Assembly: GCA_049593795.1 (NCBI GenBank)
Contig: JBAWHK010000016.1
Location: 1 to 62,761 of the forward strand
DNA: 62,761 bases
Direction of reading: 5' to 3'
Origin: Solirubrobacterales bacterium
Lineage (GTDB): Bacteria; Actinomycetota; Thermoleophilia; Solirubrobacterales; 70-9
Made by a program: the position numbers and the translations under genes. This document shows positions 52,671-62,238 of this stretch, piece by piece. Under the pieces are notes generated by a model that had not been told where the DNA came from, did no database searches, and was given only the letters and a program-made list of their open reading frames with translations. The first letter of the stretch is position 1. Each line of letters begins with the position of its first letter.

Positions 52671-53864
52671 TCAGGACTTGGTGGTTCGTCGCAGCAGCAG
52701 GATCACGCCGACGCCGGCACTGATTATCGATCCGGCGAAGATTCCGATCTTCGCGGTTTCGACGATCTCCGGCAGGGTGTAGGCCAGTTCGGAGATGAAC
52801 AGGGAGACGGTGAAGCCGATTCCGCCAAGGGCCGCAATTCCCCAGACATGCCCTGGGGCCACGTCTTCCGGGGCTTTGGCAATGCCGAGTTTCTGCGCAG
52901 CGAAGATTGCGAGGCTGATTCCGAATGTCTTGCCGACAACCAGACCCAGCACGACACCCCAGAAGATCGAACTGACTGCCGCGTCGGAAAGAACGGTCGC
53001 GTTGATCACGATGCCCACGTTGGCAAGGGCGAATAACGGCACGATTATCAGCGCCGAATAGGGGTGGAGGCTATGTTCGAGCTTTTCGAGCACGTGACGG
53101 CCATTTATCGGACGGGCGGGGGTGAGCAGCCCGAGCAGCACTCCGGCGATCGTGGCGTGAACCCCGGATTCGAAGAAACCGAGCCACACGACAATTCCGA
53201 TTCCGACGTAAGGGGCAATTCGAGTGACTTTGAGTTTCTGCATCAGCAGCACAACCAGCAGTGCGCCGACGCCGAGGGCCAGCCATGTGAAGCTGATGCC
53301 GTCCGTATAGAAGATCGCGATGACGGTGATCGCGATGATGTCGTCAACGATCGCGATTCCGAGCAGCAGGAGCCGCACACCTGCCGGGATCCGGCTGCCC
53401 ATGATCGCCAGTACGGCGACCGCGAACGCGATGTCGGTCGCCATTGGAATTGCCCAGCCGTGGATTCCGGTGCTGTTGCCAAGGTTGATCAGGAGGAAGA
53501 TCGCGGCTGGCAGGATCACGCCACCGGCAGCCGCGATGAATGGCAGGGTGGCTTTGGACCGGTCGTTGAGTTCCCCGACTGCGAGTTCCCGCTTGATTTC
53601 CAGACCAACGACGAAGAAGAAGATCGCCATCAAGGCATCGTTGACCCAATGCTGAAGGTCATCGGAGATGCTGAAGTCGCCGACGCCTATCGAGAGCTCG
53701 GTGCCCCAGAAGGCAGTGTAGGAATCGCCGAACGGAGCGTTGGCCCAGATCAGGGCGGCGAGAGCCGCGAAAAGCAGGACTATGCCGCCGGAGACTTCGC
53801 TTCGGACGAACTGGGCTCCGGCATCCTTCCAGGATGTATCCGGGTCTGTAATGGGGTTATCCAT
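52671..53864 (-). CDS. nhaA: Na+/H+ antiporter NhaA
   Basis: 397 aa, polytopic, with typical NhaA blocks (WVNDALMAIFFFVVGLEIKRE, GIAIVDD). Confidence 0.92.
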   Translation of the reverse strand: MDNPITDPDTSWKDAGAQFVRSEVSGGIVLLFAALAALIWANAPFGDSYTAFWGTELSIGVGDFSISDDLQHWVNDALMAIFFFVVGLEIKRELAVGELNDRSKATLPFIAAAGGVILPAAIFLLINLGNSTGIHGWAIPMATDIAFAVAVLAIMGSRIPAGVRLLLLGIAIVDDIIAITVIAIFYTDGISFTWLALGVGALLVVLLMQKLKVTRIAPYVGIGIVVWLGFFESGVHATIAGVLLGLLTPARPINGRHVLEKLEHSLHPYSALIIVPLFALANVGIVINATVLSDAAVSSIFWGVVLGLVVGKTFGISLAIFAAQKLGIAKAPEDVAPGHVWGIAALGGIGFTVSLFISELAYTLPEIVETAKIGIFAGSIISAGVGVILLLRRTTKS

Positions 53865-54492
53865 CGAAAATCACATCCTTCACGGCTTTCACACGGGACG
53901 CAATTTCCCGGATTGAACTCTTGATTCCCTGATAACCGTATCCATGGAGGTCGGAGGACACACCTTCGGCCTCGATTCCGGCCGCGTCGGCGAGGAAAAG
54001 TGCGCGCTTCATGTGGAAACCCTGGGTGACGATCAGGGCATCGTTCACGTCAAAGTCGTTTCGGGCACGTTTCATCGAAAGGTCGGTGTTGAGTCCTCCA
54101 TTGTCCTTTTCGATTGCCCCGGCGGGAACACCATCTTCGATCAACGCCTCTTTCATGACCTGCGGCTGGTTAAGTCCGTTCTGGTCGGGTGCGCCGGAGA
54201 CGATAACGCGCTCCACCTTTCCGGCTTGCCAGAGGTTGTTTCCCTGGGCGACCCGGTCGGCGAGCATTTTGCTCATCGAGCCATCCGGGTTTACTTTGGC
54301 ACCGAGGACGATTGCCGCATCGGAGGGCTTTGCGTCTTCAGCGCTGGAAACGATGGTGGCGTTGCCTCTGATCAGGACGTAGGCGTTGGCGGCGACAACC
54401 AGCAGGACGAGCGCTGACACCACCGATATGACCGCAATCAGGCTCCGACGGTGCCGTTTGAAGAAAGATGTCCGACTGGCCGGTGATTCCAC
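53857..54492 (-). CDS. sanA: SanA/YdcF (DUF218) family envelope protein
   Basis: 211 aa with an N-terminal TM segment followed by the DUF218 fold (AIVLGAKV..., VIVSG, ALIVTQGFHMKRA). Confidence 0.8.
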   Translation of the reverse strand: MESPASRTSFFKRHRRSLIAVISVVSALVLLVVAANAYVLIRGNATIVSSAEDAKPSDAAIVLGAKVNPDGSMSKMLADRVAQGNNLWQAGKVERVIVSGAPDQNGLNQPQVMKEALIEDGVPAGAIEKDNGGLNTDLSMKRARNDFDVNDALIVTQGFHMKRALFLADAAGIEAEGVSSDLHGYGYQGIKSSIREIASRVKAVKDVIFDG

Positions 54493-54539
54493 CCGGCCAC
54501 GCTATCAACGTGAAGGGCAGGCTTCGTACACTCCTGACG

Positions 54540-55481
54540 ATGGCTTCTCACGAACACGGGTACTCGCACGACTCCGGCCACGGTCACAGCCACGGTGCGG
54601 GCGCACACCGCGGCACCGACCGGCGCGCGTTGCTCATCGCCGCGGGATTGACCACCACCTTCATGGTGGTCGAAGCGGTTGGTGGAATCATCACTGGCAG
54701 CCTCGCCCTGCTCGCTGACGCGGGCCATATGCTCTCTGACAGCTTCTCGCTGTTCCTGGCGCTGGGTGCGGTGATGCTCGCGGCAAGGCCGGCCACGTTC
54801 AGGCGCACTTTCGGCTTCAACCGGGCTGAGATCCTCGCCGCCCTGGTCAACGGCGTTCTGCTCGTTGTGGTGTCGGTCTGGGTGATCGTCGAAGCGATCA
54901 GGCGACTTGGAGAACCGGTCGAGATCCTCGGTGGCGGCATGCTCGCAATCGCGGTTGCCGGCCTGCTGATCAATCTGATCACCGCCTGGGTGCTTTACCG
55001 CTCCGCCGGGGAAAGTCTCAACGTAAAGGCTGCGTTACGTCATGTGATGGCGGATGTTGCCGGTTCCGTCGGGGTGATAGTTGCCGCCCTGATCATTCTC
55101 GCGACCGGCTGGCAGGCGGCCGATGCAATCGTGTCGATCCTGATCTCGATCCTGATTGCGGCAAGTGCCTGGTCGATTCTTCGTGAATCGGTCGATGTGC
55201 TGCTGGAGGCGGCACCGGAAGGCATGGACACCGAGGAGATCGGCTACGCGATGGCGGCAGTACCGAACGTCGATCAGGTTCACGATCTCCATGTCTGGCA
55301 GATTACGTCGGGCTTTCCGACCCTTTCGGCCCACGTCCTGGTCGGGGAAGGCAAGGATTGCCATGGGGCACGGAGGGACCTTGAGATCCTGCTGAAGGAC
55401 CAGTTCCAGATCGAGCACACAACGCTTCAGGTGGAACATACGGCGTCGAAAGAACCGCTCAGGATCGACACTGGCGCGTAG
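54540..55481 (+). CDS. Cation diffusion facilitator (CzcD/ZitB-like) transporter
   Basis: His-rich N-terminus (HEHGYSHDSGHGHSHGAGAH), LADAGHMLSD in TM2, and a C-terminal cytoplasmic domain (HDLHVWQI). Confidence 0.9.
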   Translation: MASHEHGYSHDSGHGHSHGAGAHRGTDRRALLIAAGLTTTFMVVEAVGGIITGSLALLADAGHMLSDSFSLFLALGAVMLAARPATFRRTFGFNRAEILAALVNGVLLVVVSVWVIVEAIRRLGEPVEILGGGMLAIAVAGLLINLITAWVLYRSAGESLNVKAALRHVMADVAGSVGVIVAALIILATGWQAADAIVSILISILIAASAWSILRESVDVLLEAAPEGMDTEEIGYAMAAVPNVDQVHDLHVWQITSGFPTLSAHVLVGEGKDCHGARRDLEILLKDQFQIEHTTLQVEHTASKEPLRIDTGA

Positions 55482-55506
55482 CTGCCACCGGATCTTCAGG
55501 GCGTGG

Positions 55507-56334
55507 GTGCCGCGGCCGCAATACCGCAAACTGGAAGTAACGAATCTGGCGTCCGAAACCCCCGGTACCGTCTGGTTTGTGAGTTGGCACTCCGGGCGGT
55601 TGGCCGCCTTCGACATCGAAACCACTGGGACCGATACGGAGAATGACCGCATCGTCACGGCCGCGGTCAGCGTGGTCGGTGGCGGGGAAGAAACCATCAG
55701 CACCAACTGGCTGGTTGATCCCGGGGTCGAGATACCGGCTGAAGCCACCGCGGTCCACCGGATCACTACGGAGCGCGCCCGTGGCGAAGGGCTGCCCGCT
55801 GATCAGGCGGTGTTCGAGATCACTGAACATCTCGCCGAACTCACTGCCGGACGAATTCCGATAGTTGCTTTCAACGCCCGTTTCGATCTGACCATCCTTG
55901 ATCGCGAAGCGAGGCGTTACGACCAGGAAACACTGGTCGATCTGATCGGCGGCCCCGAGGCGCTGCTGGTGGTCGATCCTTACGTCCTTGACAAGCAGTA
56001 CAACCGTTTCCGCAAGGGAAGACGGACCCTGAGCGTCCTTTGTGAGGCCTACGGAATTCCGCTTGACGATGCGCACGCAGCTGATGCCGACGCGCTGGCT
56101 GCCGCCCGACTCGCCTGGAAGCTCGGCAACATCATCGATGAACTGGGTGCCCTTGACCTCGATTCTCTCCATGCTGCCCAGATCACCTGGGCTGCCGAAC
56201 AGGCCGAGTCGCTTTCAAAGTATTTCGCTGAGCAAGGCCGGTCCGAACGGATTGAAGGGGCATGGCCGGTAGTTCCGGTTGGCGCGGCCGTCACCGAACT
56301 GGCCGGGCCGCATTCGGTGGCACCTGCTGCCTGA
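55507..56334 (+). CDS. DEDDh 3'-5' exonuclease (DnaQ/epsilon-like domain protein)
   Basis: Has Exo I (AAFDIETTG), Exo II (AFNARFD) and Exo III (HAADADALA) motifs. The start is uncertain; GTG 55507 or a downstream GTG. Confidence 0.8.
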   Translation: MPRPQYRKLEVTNLASETPGTVWFVSWHSGRLAAFDIETTGTDTENDRIVTAAVSVVGGGEETISTNWLVDPGVEIPAEATAVHRITTERARGEGLPADQAVFEITEHLAELTAGRIPIVAFNARFDLTILDREARRYDQETLVDLIGGPEALLVVDPYVLDKQYNRFRKGRRTLSVLCEAYGIPLDDAHAADADALAAARLAWKLGNIIDELGALDLDSLHAAQITWAAEQAESLSKYFAEQGRSERIEGAWPVVPVGAAVTELAGPHSVAPAA

Positions 56335-56427
56335 AGCTAAATTCGAAAGATGGCAAATCAACCCTGAAGCGCTGCGGGCGCTGACCCCGGGCGCGCCCGG
56401 ATGGTCACTTCCGGGAGAATCGATCGA

Positions 56428-57126
56428 ATGAGCGCCAAGATCACTAACGGGGAGAACGAACCCGAACTGGAAGTGGTCGAACTCGACCCGCAGCAGGAAC
56501 GCACCCTGCTTGACGAAATGGGTGGGGTCCAGGGAATCGCTGATTCCAGCCTTCCAGGACTGCTTTTCGTAGCGGTTTACAGCCTGTCCGGATCTGACCT
56601 TCAGCTGGCCGCCATCGCCGCGGTAGGGCTGGGCGCGCTGATCGGTGTATTCCGTCTGCTCAGGGGCGAATCGGCCAAATATGCCGGTGCCGGATTCATC
56701 GGCGTGGCGATCGCCGGTTTCTTCGCGACCAGGACAGGAAAGGCGGAGGACTTCTTTCTGCCAGGACTGCTCTTCAACGCGGGCTACGCGTTCGCGTACC
56801 TGATCTCGATCATTGTCCGGTGGCCGCTCATCGGCGTATTTCTCGGTCCGCTCATGGGCGTAGGCATGTCGTGGCGTCAGGATCCGGAAAGGGTTCGGCT
56901 GTTCAGCCAGGCGAGCTGGGTCTGGGTCGGCATGTTCATCGCCCGGCTGGCAGTCCAGCTGCCGTTTTATCTGTCCGGTTCGCTGCTGGCCCTTGGTATC
57001 GCCAAGACCGCCATGGGGCTGCCACTTTTCGCCGTGACCATCTGGTTGACCTACCTGATCCTGAAACGTGGAGGCCTTGATTTGAAGGAAATCACGGTCT
57101 CCAGGGACTCCGCCAGAACCCAGTAA
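56428..57126 (+). CDS. DUF3159-like polytopic membrane protein
   Basis: 232 aa from ATG 56428, with 5-6 hydrophobic segments. Its composition and context resemble actinobacterial DUF3159. This assignment is from memory. Confidence 0.65.
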   Translation: MSAKITNGENEPELEVVELDPQQERTLLDEMGGVQGIADSSLPGLLFVAVYSLSGSDLQLAAIAAVGLGALIGVFRLLRGESAKYAGAGFIGVAIAGFFATRTGKAEDFFLPGLLFNAGYAFAYLISIIVRWPLIGVFLGPLMGVGMSWRQDPERVRLFSQASWVWVGMFIARLAVQLPFYLSGSLLALGIAKTAMGLPLFAVTIWLTYLILKRGGLDLKEITVSRDSARTQ

Positions 57127-57149
57127 AGAAGGTCAGCCGCGAAAAGCGG

Positions 57150-57155
57150 TACAAT
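57150..57155 (+). promoter_or_regulatory. Candidate -10 hexamer (TACAAT) upstream of the SNF2 gene
   Basis: Same GTACAATGCC context as upstream of rpsB. The TTG start at 57168 lies only about 12 nt downstream, so the leader would be very short. Confidence 0.3.
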
Positions 57156-57167
57156 GCCCGGCCGACT

Positions 57168-59411
57168 TTGTCTCCCACCCCCTCACCACCAAAAGCACGC
57201 CGCAAAGCCAGATCCGCAGGCGGAGCTGGCGGCTCGAACTCCAAGAAGGCCCGCAACGCGGCCAACGTCCGTCTGCGGCTGGAAGTGCCGGGGGACAATT
57301 ACGGTGAGGACAATTTTCAGATCATCGTGCAGGCCCACCGCCCGAACGCGCCGGAAGAATTTTTCGATGTTTCCGAAGTCTGGAATGAAGACAAGGAAAA
57401 GTTTGGTTCCCGCGGCCGGATCGACACAACCCTGGGGGTTGGCATGGCGGCCGCCGCCTGGGCACCGCTGAGGCGCCTGCTTGAGGCTGATGTGCCCGAC
57501 CGGCTGGAAATCACTGATTCAGAAGTCGGTGAACTGCTTGATGGCGCGGCAGAACGGCTTGATCATTCCGGGGTTGGGGTTACCTGGGATCCGCAGCTTG
57601 ACCATTCGCTCGATGCCAAGGTCGTGGTTGGCACGACCGGGGGCCTGAGCCAGAGCGTTCCCGATGTTTTCGATGATTCGGCCCTTCAGGGTTTCTCCTG
57701 GCAGTTGTCGATCGATGACACCCCGCTCACCAGCGAAGAGACCGACGTTCTGGTGCGTTCGGGCCGTCCGGTGGTGTGGCTGCGTGGCAAGTGGGTGCTG
57801 GTTCCGCCGATCCAGACCCAGAGGGCAATCAAACCTGACCTGAAGCCGCTCACCGCGATCGATGCTCTGAGCGTGGCTTTGACCGGCAGCACTGTCGTTG
57901 ATGGCCGCACGGTTGAAGTGAAAGCCAGTGGATGGGTGGCGGCCCTGCGGGAACAGATCACCGGCTCGGGGGACGAAGAGCAGATCCCGCCTCCGGAATC
58001 ACTCAACGCCACTTTGCGCGAGTACCAGCTGGAAGGTGTTCGCTGGCTGCATCGCATGACTTCGCTGGGACTGGGCGGCTGCCTCGCCGACGACATGGGT
58101 CTCGGCAAGACGGTGATGCTGATCGCGCTTCACCTCCATCGTCGCCTAAACCCGGCAACGAGCGGGCCCACCCTGGTGGTTTGCCCGGCCTCTCTGCTCG
58201 GCAACTGGGAACGGGAAATCCATCGCTTCGCACCGAGCGAAAACGTCCGTCGTTATCACGGCGGGGGACGCACCCTGGATGGGGTCGAGGACGGCTTCGT
58301 GCTCACCACTTACGGAACCATGCGACTGGATGCGGACTACTTCGAGTCAGTCAAGTGGGGATTGCTGGTCGCCGACGAAGCCCAGCATGTGAAGAACCCC
58401 CGGTCGGCCGGGGCCCAGGCGCTGCGCACGATCCCGGCCCGCTCGAGGGTGGCTTTGACAGGCACCCCGGTCGAGAACAACCTTTCTGAACTCTGGGCAA
58501 TCCTCGACTGGACCACCCCTGGTCTCCTGGGAACCCATGGTTCGTTCCGCAAGAAGTGGGGCGATCCAATTGAGCTCGAAGGCCGCGAGAAAGCCACCAA
58601 GCTGCTGTCGAAGCTCGTCCGTCCATTCCTGCTCCGGCGACGCAAGTCGGATCCCGGAATCGCCCCCGAACTTCCCCCGAAAACGATCACTGACCAGCCG
58701 GTGGGCCTCACCGACGAACAGATCAAGCTTTACGAGCGGGCAGTCAAGGAAAACATGATGCAGATCCGCAGCAGCGACGGCATCAACCGTCGTGGCCTCG
58801 TGCTGAAGCTGCTCACGTCCCTGAAACAGATCTGCAATCACCCGGCCCAGTACCTGAAGGAAGAAAGCGGTCCGCTGACAGAACGTTCAGGCAAGCTCGA
58901 ACTGCTCGACGAGTTGCTGGACACCATCCTGACCGAGGACGGTGCGGTGCTTGTCTTCACCCAGTATGTGGCGATGGCGAAGCTGCTCAAACGTCATCTC
59001 GACGAGCGCGAGATCGCCAATCAGCTCCTGCACGGTGGCACTGCCGTGAACATGAGGGAAAAGATGGTCGATCGTTTCCAGGCCGGAGAGGTTTCTGTTT
59101 TCCTGCTCTCCCTGAAAGCTGCCGGCACCGGCTTGAACCTGACCCGGGCTGATCACGTGATCCATTTTGACCGCTGGTGGAACCCGGCTGTGGAAGAGCA
59201 GGCAACGGACCGGGCGCACCGGATCGGGCAGACCCGGCCGGTCCAGGTCCACCGCTTGATCGCGGAAGGAACGATCGAAGACCGGATCGCATCGATCCAC
59301 GATGTGAAACGGGAACTGGCTGACGCGATCGTCAGTTCCGGCGAGTCCGCCCTGACCGAACTTTCGAACGAAGATCTGGCTGACCTGGTCGAATTGCGCA
59401 ACGCTGGTTGA
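57168..59411 (+). CDS. SNF2/RAD54-family helicase (bacterial HelZ/RapA-like, with SNF2-associated N-terminal region)
   Basis: Has motif I (LADDMGLGKT), motif II (DEAQHVKN) and motif VI (WWNPAVEEQATDRAHRIGQ). The N-terminal region contains VVWLRGKWVLVPP. Confidence 0.9.
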   Translation: MSPTPSPPKARRKARSAGGAGGSNSKKARNAANVRLRLEVPGDNYGEDNFQIIVQAHRPNAPEEFFDVSEVWNEDKEKFGSRGRIDTTLGVGMAAAAWAPLRRLLEADVPDRLEITDSEVGELLDGAAERLDHSGVGVTWDPQLDHSLDAKVVVGTTGGLSQSVPDVFDDSALQGFSWQLSIDDTPLTSEETDVLVRSGRPVVWLRGKWVLVPPIQTQRAIKPDLKPLTAIDALSVALTGSTVVDGRTVEVKASGWVAALREQITGSGDEEQIPPPESLNATLREYQLEGVRWLHRMTSLGLGGCLADDMGLGKTVMLIALHLHRRLNPATSGPTLVVCPASLLGNWEREIHRFAPSENVRRYHGGGRTLDGVEDGFVLTTYGTMRLDADYFESVKWGLLVADEAQHVKNPRSAGAQALRTIPARSRVALTGTPVENNLSELWAILDWTTPGLLGTHGSFRKKWGDPIELEGREKATKLLSKLVRPFLLRRRKSDPGIAPELPPKTITDQPVGLTDEQIKLYERAVKENMMQIRSSDGINRRGLVLKLLTSLKQICNHPAQYLKEESGPLTERSGKLELLDELLDTILTEDGAVLVFTQYVAMAKLLKRHLDEREIANQLLHGGTAVNMREKMVDRFQAGEVSVFLLSLKAAGTGLNLTRADHVIHFDRWWNPAVEEQATDRAHRIGQTRPVQVHRLIAEGTIEDRIASIHDVKRELADAIVSSGESALTELSNEDLADLVELRNAG

Positions 59412-59443
59412 CCTTCGCCGGAATGGGCTTAGACTCATGAGCC

Positions 59444-60580
59444 ATGGACCTGACTTTTTCGCCTGAGGAACTGGATTTCAGGGACGAACTGCGAACCTGG
59501 CTTGAAGCAAACGTGCCGGGGGAGGAACCGCAGGGAGACGAAGATGAGCTCTATGCCTTCCGGAAGGAATGGCAACGCACACTTTACGATTCGGGGTGGG
59601 CGGCAGTTCATTGGCCGCAGGAGCACGGTGGTCGCGACGCGACCCTGATGCAGTCGGCGATCTTCTTTGAAGAGATGGGCCGGGTCGGGGCGCCACTGCC
59701 GGCAAACGTCCTGGGGTTGCTGCTGGCCGGGCCGACGATCATGGCCTGGGGGACTCAGGAGCAGAAGGACCGCTACCTGAGCCCGATCCTTTCTGCCGAG
59801 GAGATCTGGTGTCAGGGGTTTTCGGAGCCGGAGGCCGGTTCGGATCTGGCGGCTGTCAAGACCCGCGCCGTGCGGGACGGTGATGACTGGGTGGTTACCG
59901 GTCAGAAGGTCTGGACCAGCGGAGCGCAGTACTCGAAGTGGTGCATGCTTGTTGCCCGGACCGATCAGGATGCCTCCAAGCACAAGGGCCTTTCTTATTT
60001 CCTGATGGACATGGAGCAGGCAGAAGTACAGGTCCTGCCATTGGTCCAGATCACCGGTGAGGCCGAATTCAACGAACTGTTCATCGAGGAAGCCCGGATT
60101 CCCCATGCCAACATGCTGGGCGGGGAAGGCAACGGCTGGAACGTTGCGCTTACTACCTTGATGAACGAACGCTCGGGACTTGGGTTCTTCCTTCAGGTGA
60201 GGTTGCGCCAGTTGCTCGACAAGCTGGTCGCCGAGGCGGTAGCGAACGGTTCGATTGACGACCCGGTGATCGCCCAAGGGCTGGGGGACATGCTCGAACG
60301 GACCGAAACCCTGCGTCTCACCGCATATCGCGGACTGAGCACCATCGAAAAGTACGGTCAGCCAGGTCCGGAAGGTTCCCTCACCAAGTGGCTCTGGTCG
60401 GAAACCAACCAGATGATGGCTCAACTGGCAGTGGACGTGGTCGGGCCTGATGCGCTCAGCAGCGGCAGTCCCTGGGCTTACGAGTTACTCAGGTCCCGTG
60501 GCAACTCGATCGAGGGTGGCACCACGGAAATACTCAAGAACATAATCGCCGAACGGGTCCTCGGACTACCGCGGAAGTAG
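59444..60580 (+). CDS. Acyl-CoA dehydrogenase (catalytic-type subunit)
   Basis: 378 aa with the C-terminal NSIEGGTTEILKNIIAE. This retains the Glu at the position of the MCAD catalytic base (IYEGT). Confidence 0.9.
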   Translation: MDLTFSPEELDFRDELRTWLEANVPGEEPQGDEDELYAFRKEWQRTLYDSGWAAVHWPQEHGGRDATLMQSAIFFEEMGRVGAPLPANVLGLLLAGPTIMAWGTQEQKDRYLSPILSAEEIWCQGFSEPEAGSDLAAVKTRAVRDGDDWVVTGQKVWTSGAQYSKWCMLVARTDQDASKHKGLSYFLMDMEQAEVQVLPLVQITGEAEFNELFIEEARIPHANMLGGEGNGWNVALTTLMNERSGLGFFLQVRLRQLLDKLVAEAVANGSIDDPVIAQGLGDMLERTETLRLTAYRGLSTIEKYGQPGPEGSLTKWLWSETNQMMAQLAVDVVGPDALSSGSPWAYELLRSRGNSIEGGTTEILKNIIAERVLGLPRK

Positions 60581-60586
60581 GCAGAA

Positions 60587-61594
60587 ATGCAATTCGACTT
60601 CACAGACGACCAGCACGAAATCAAACGCACTGCAAAGGACCTGCTCGCTCAGCGCTCGACCATGGAGAAGGTCCGTGTTGCCGCCGAATCCAGGTCCTAT
60701 GACGGGGCCCTCTGGAAGGAACTGAGCGATCTCGGCTGGCCCGGGGTGGCGATTTCGGAGGAGTTCGGTGGCGGCGGACTTGGTGTGATCGAGCTCGCAA
60801 CATTGCTGGAAGAGAGCGGTTTCAGCCTGGCGAACTCACCGTTCCTGGCTTCGGCGGCCTGCGCGGTAGCCATTCAGGAAGCCGGCACCGACTCGCAGAA
60901 AGCCGAGTGGCTGCCGAAACTTGCCGCGGGTGAAGTCACCGGCAGTTTTGGCGTCGAAGGTCAGATCTTTCCTGACGTTGCTGACGCGGACGTGATCGTG
61001 GCGGTGTCTGCCGATGGCCAGTCCGCCCGTCTGGTTGCCCCGGCTGATGCCGGGATAACCGAGATCGAAACGATTGACCCAACCCGGCGTTACGGCAAGG
61101 TTGCGCTGGCCGGTGGCGGTGACGGGATGCCCGGGGACGTGGCTTCTGCACAAGCTGTCGCGGCGGTGATCACGGCCGCGGAACTGGTCGGGATCTGTGC
61201 CCGTTCGCTCGAGATGACCGTTGAGTATGTGAAGGAGCGGAAGCAGTTCGGGCGTCCGGTCGGCTCGTTCCAGGCTGTTCAGCACCGATGTGCCCAGATG
61301 CTGCTGCATACGGAAGGTGCCCGATCGGTCACTTATTACGCTGCCTGGGCGGCCGATGCGGACCGGTCGTTGTTGGACAAAGCTTCCGCTCTGGCGAAAG
61401 GCTCGGCTTCGAGGGCAGGCATTGAAACCACCAGTTCGGCGATTCAGGCCCATGGCGGGATCGGGTTCACCTGGGAAGCGGACATCCACTGGTTCTACAA
61501 ACGGGCCCAGCTCGATGCGGCCTACCTGGGCGGCGCGAAGTCACACCGGGCGAAGCTGACCAGTCTGGCGGCAGCCGAGGTTCAGTCGGGCTGA
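60587..61594 (+). CDS. Acyl-CoA dehydrogenase family protein (shorter partner lacking the catalytic Glu)
   Basis: 335 aa with an ACAD fold (HGGIGFTWE). The equivalent C-terminal segment reads AAYLGGAKSHR, so Leu replaces Glu. Confidence 0.85.
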   Translation: MQFDFTDDQHEIKRTAKDLLAQRSTMEKVRVAAESRSYDGALWKELSDLGWPGVAISEEFGGGGLGVIELATLLEESGFSLANSPFLASAACAVAIQEAGTDSQKAEWLPKLAAGEVTGSFGVEGQIFPDVADADVIVAVSADGQSARLVAPADAGITEIETIDPTRRYGKVALAGGGDGMPGDVASAQAVAAVITAAELVGICARSLEMTVEYVKERKQFGRPVGSFQAVQHRCAQMLLHTEGARSVTYYAAWAADADRSLLDKASALAKGSASRAGIETTSSAIQAHGGIGFTWEADIHWFYKRAQLDAAYLGGAKSHRAKLTSLAAAEVQSG

Positions 61595-62238
61595 AGCCCC
61601 GTTTGACGGATCGTGATGTTCAGACGCCCGGTGTCAAGGCCGATGCCGGGCGGTCCGGATCCTGGCATTACCTTGGTTACACCGTGGTAGGCGAGCCGTG
61701 CCGGGCCGCCAAAAACGAAGAGGTCGCCCGATCGCAGCTCAAGGTCCGTATACGGACGGTTCCGGTTTTCGGTGTTGCCGAACCGGAAGATGCAGCTGTC
61801 ACCGAGGCTCAGCGATACGACTGGTGCCCCCGAACTCTCATCTTTGTCCTGATGTTGCCCCAGTTTCGCGTTCGGTCCATAAAAGTTGATCAGGGCCGCA
61901 TCCGGCTCGTAGCTGGAATATTCCGGTGTGTCGCCAAGAGCTTCTTTGACCGCGTCCCTCGCAAGGGTTCGCATCCAGTCGGGGAAAGCGGCTGCTTCCT
62001 GACCGGCTTCGTTCACCTTCACGTAGCGGTAGGGGATCCAGTGCCAGCCGAGGCAGACCATCTGTAGAGACATGGTTGCGCCGCTTGGCAGGGTGGGGGA
62101 AGCCATTGGAACAGGGCCCCGTGACCAGTCCCGACAGGCCTCAACCAGGTCTCTCTGCCTGGATTGATCGAGCCAGTCCGGTACGTGCACAGCCCCTTCC
62201 GTGAGTTCGGTGCGTTCCCTTGGAAGCAACTCGTTCAA
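61582..62238 (-). CDS. alkB: Fe(II)/2-oxoglutarate-dependent DNA/RNA dioxygenase AlkB
   Basis: 218 aa with LINFYGPNAKLGQHQDKDE (HxD), RLAYHGV and NITIRQ motifs. Confidence 0.88.
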   Translation of the reverse strand: MNELLPRERTELTEGAVHVPDWLDQSRQRDLVEACRDWSRGPVPMASPTLPSGATMSLQMVCLGWHWIPYRYVKVNEAGQEAAAFPDWMRTLARDAVKEALGDTPEYSSYEPDAALINFYGPNAKLGQHQDKDESSGAPVVSLSLGDSCIFRFGNTENRNRPYTDLELRSGDLFVFGGPARLAYHGVTKVMPGSGPPGIGLDTGRLNITIRQTGLQPD

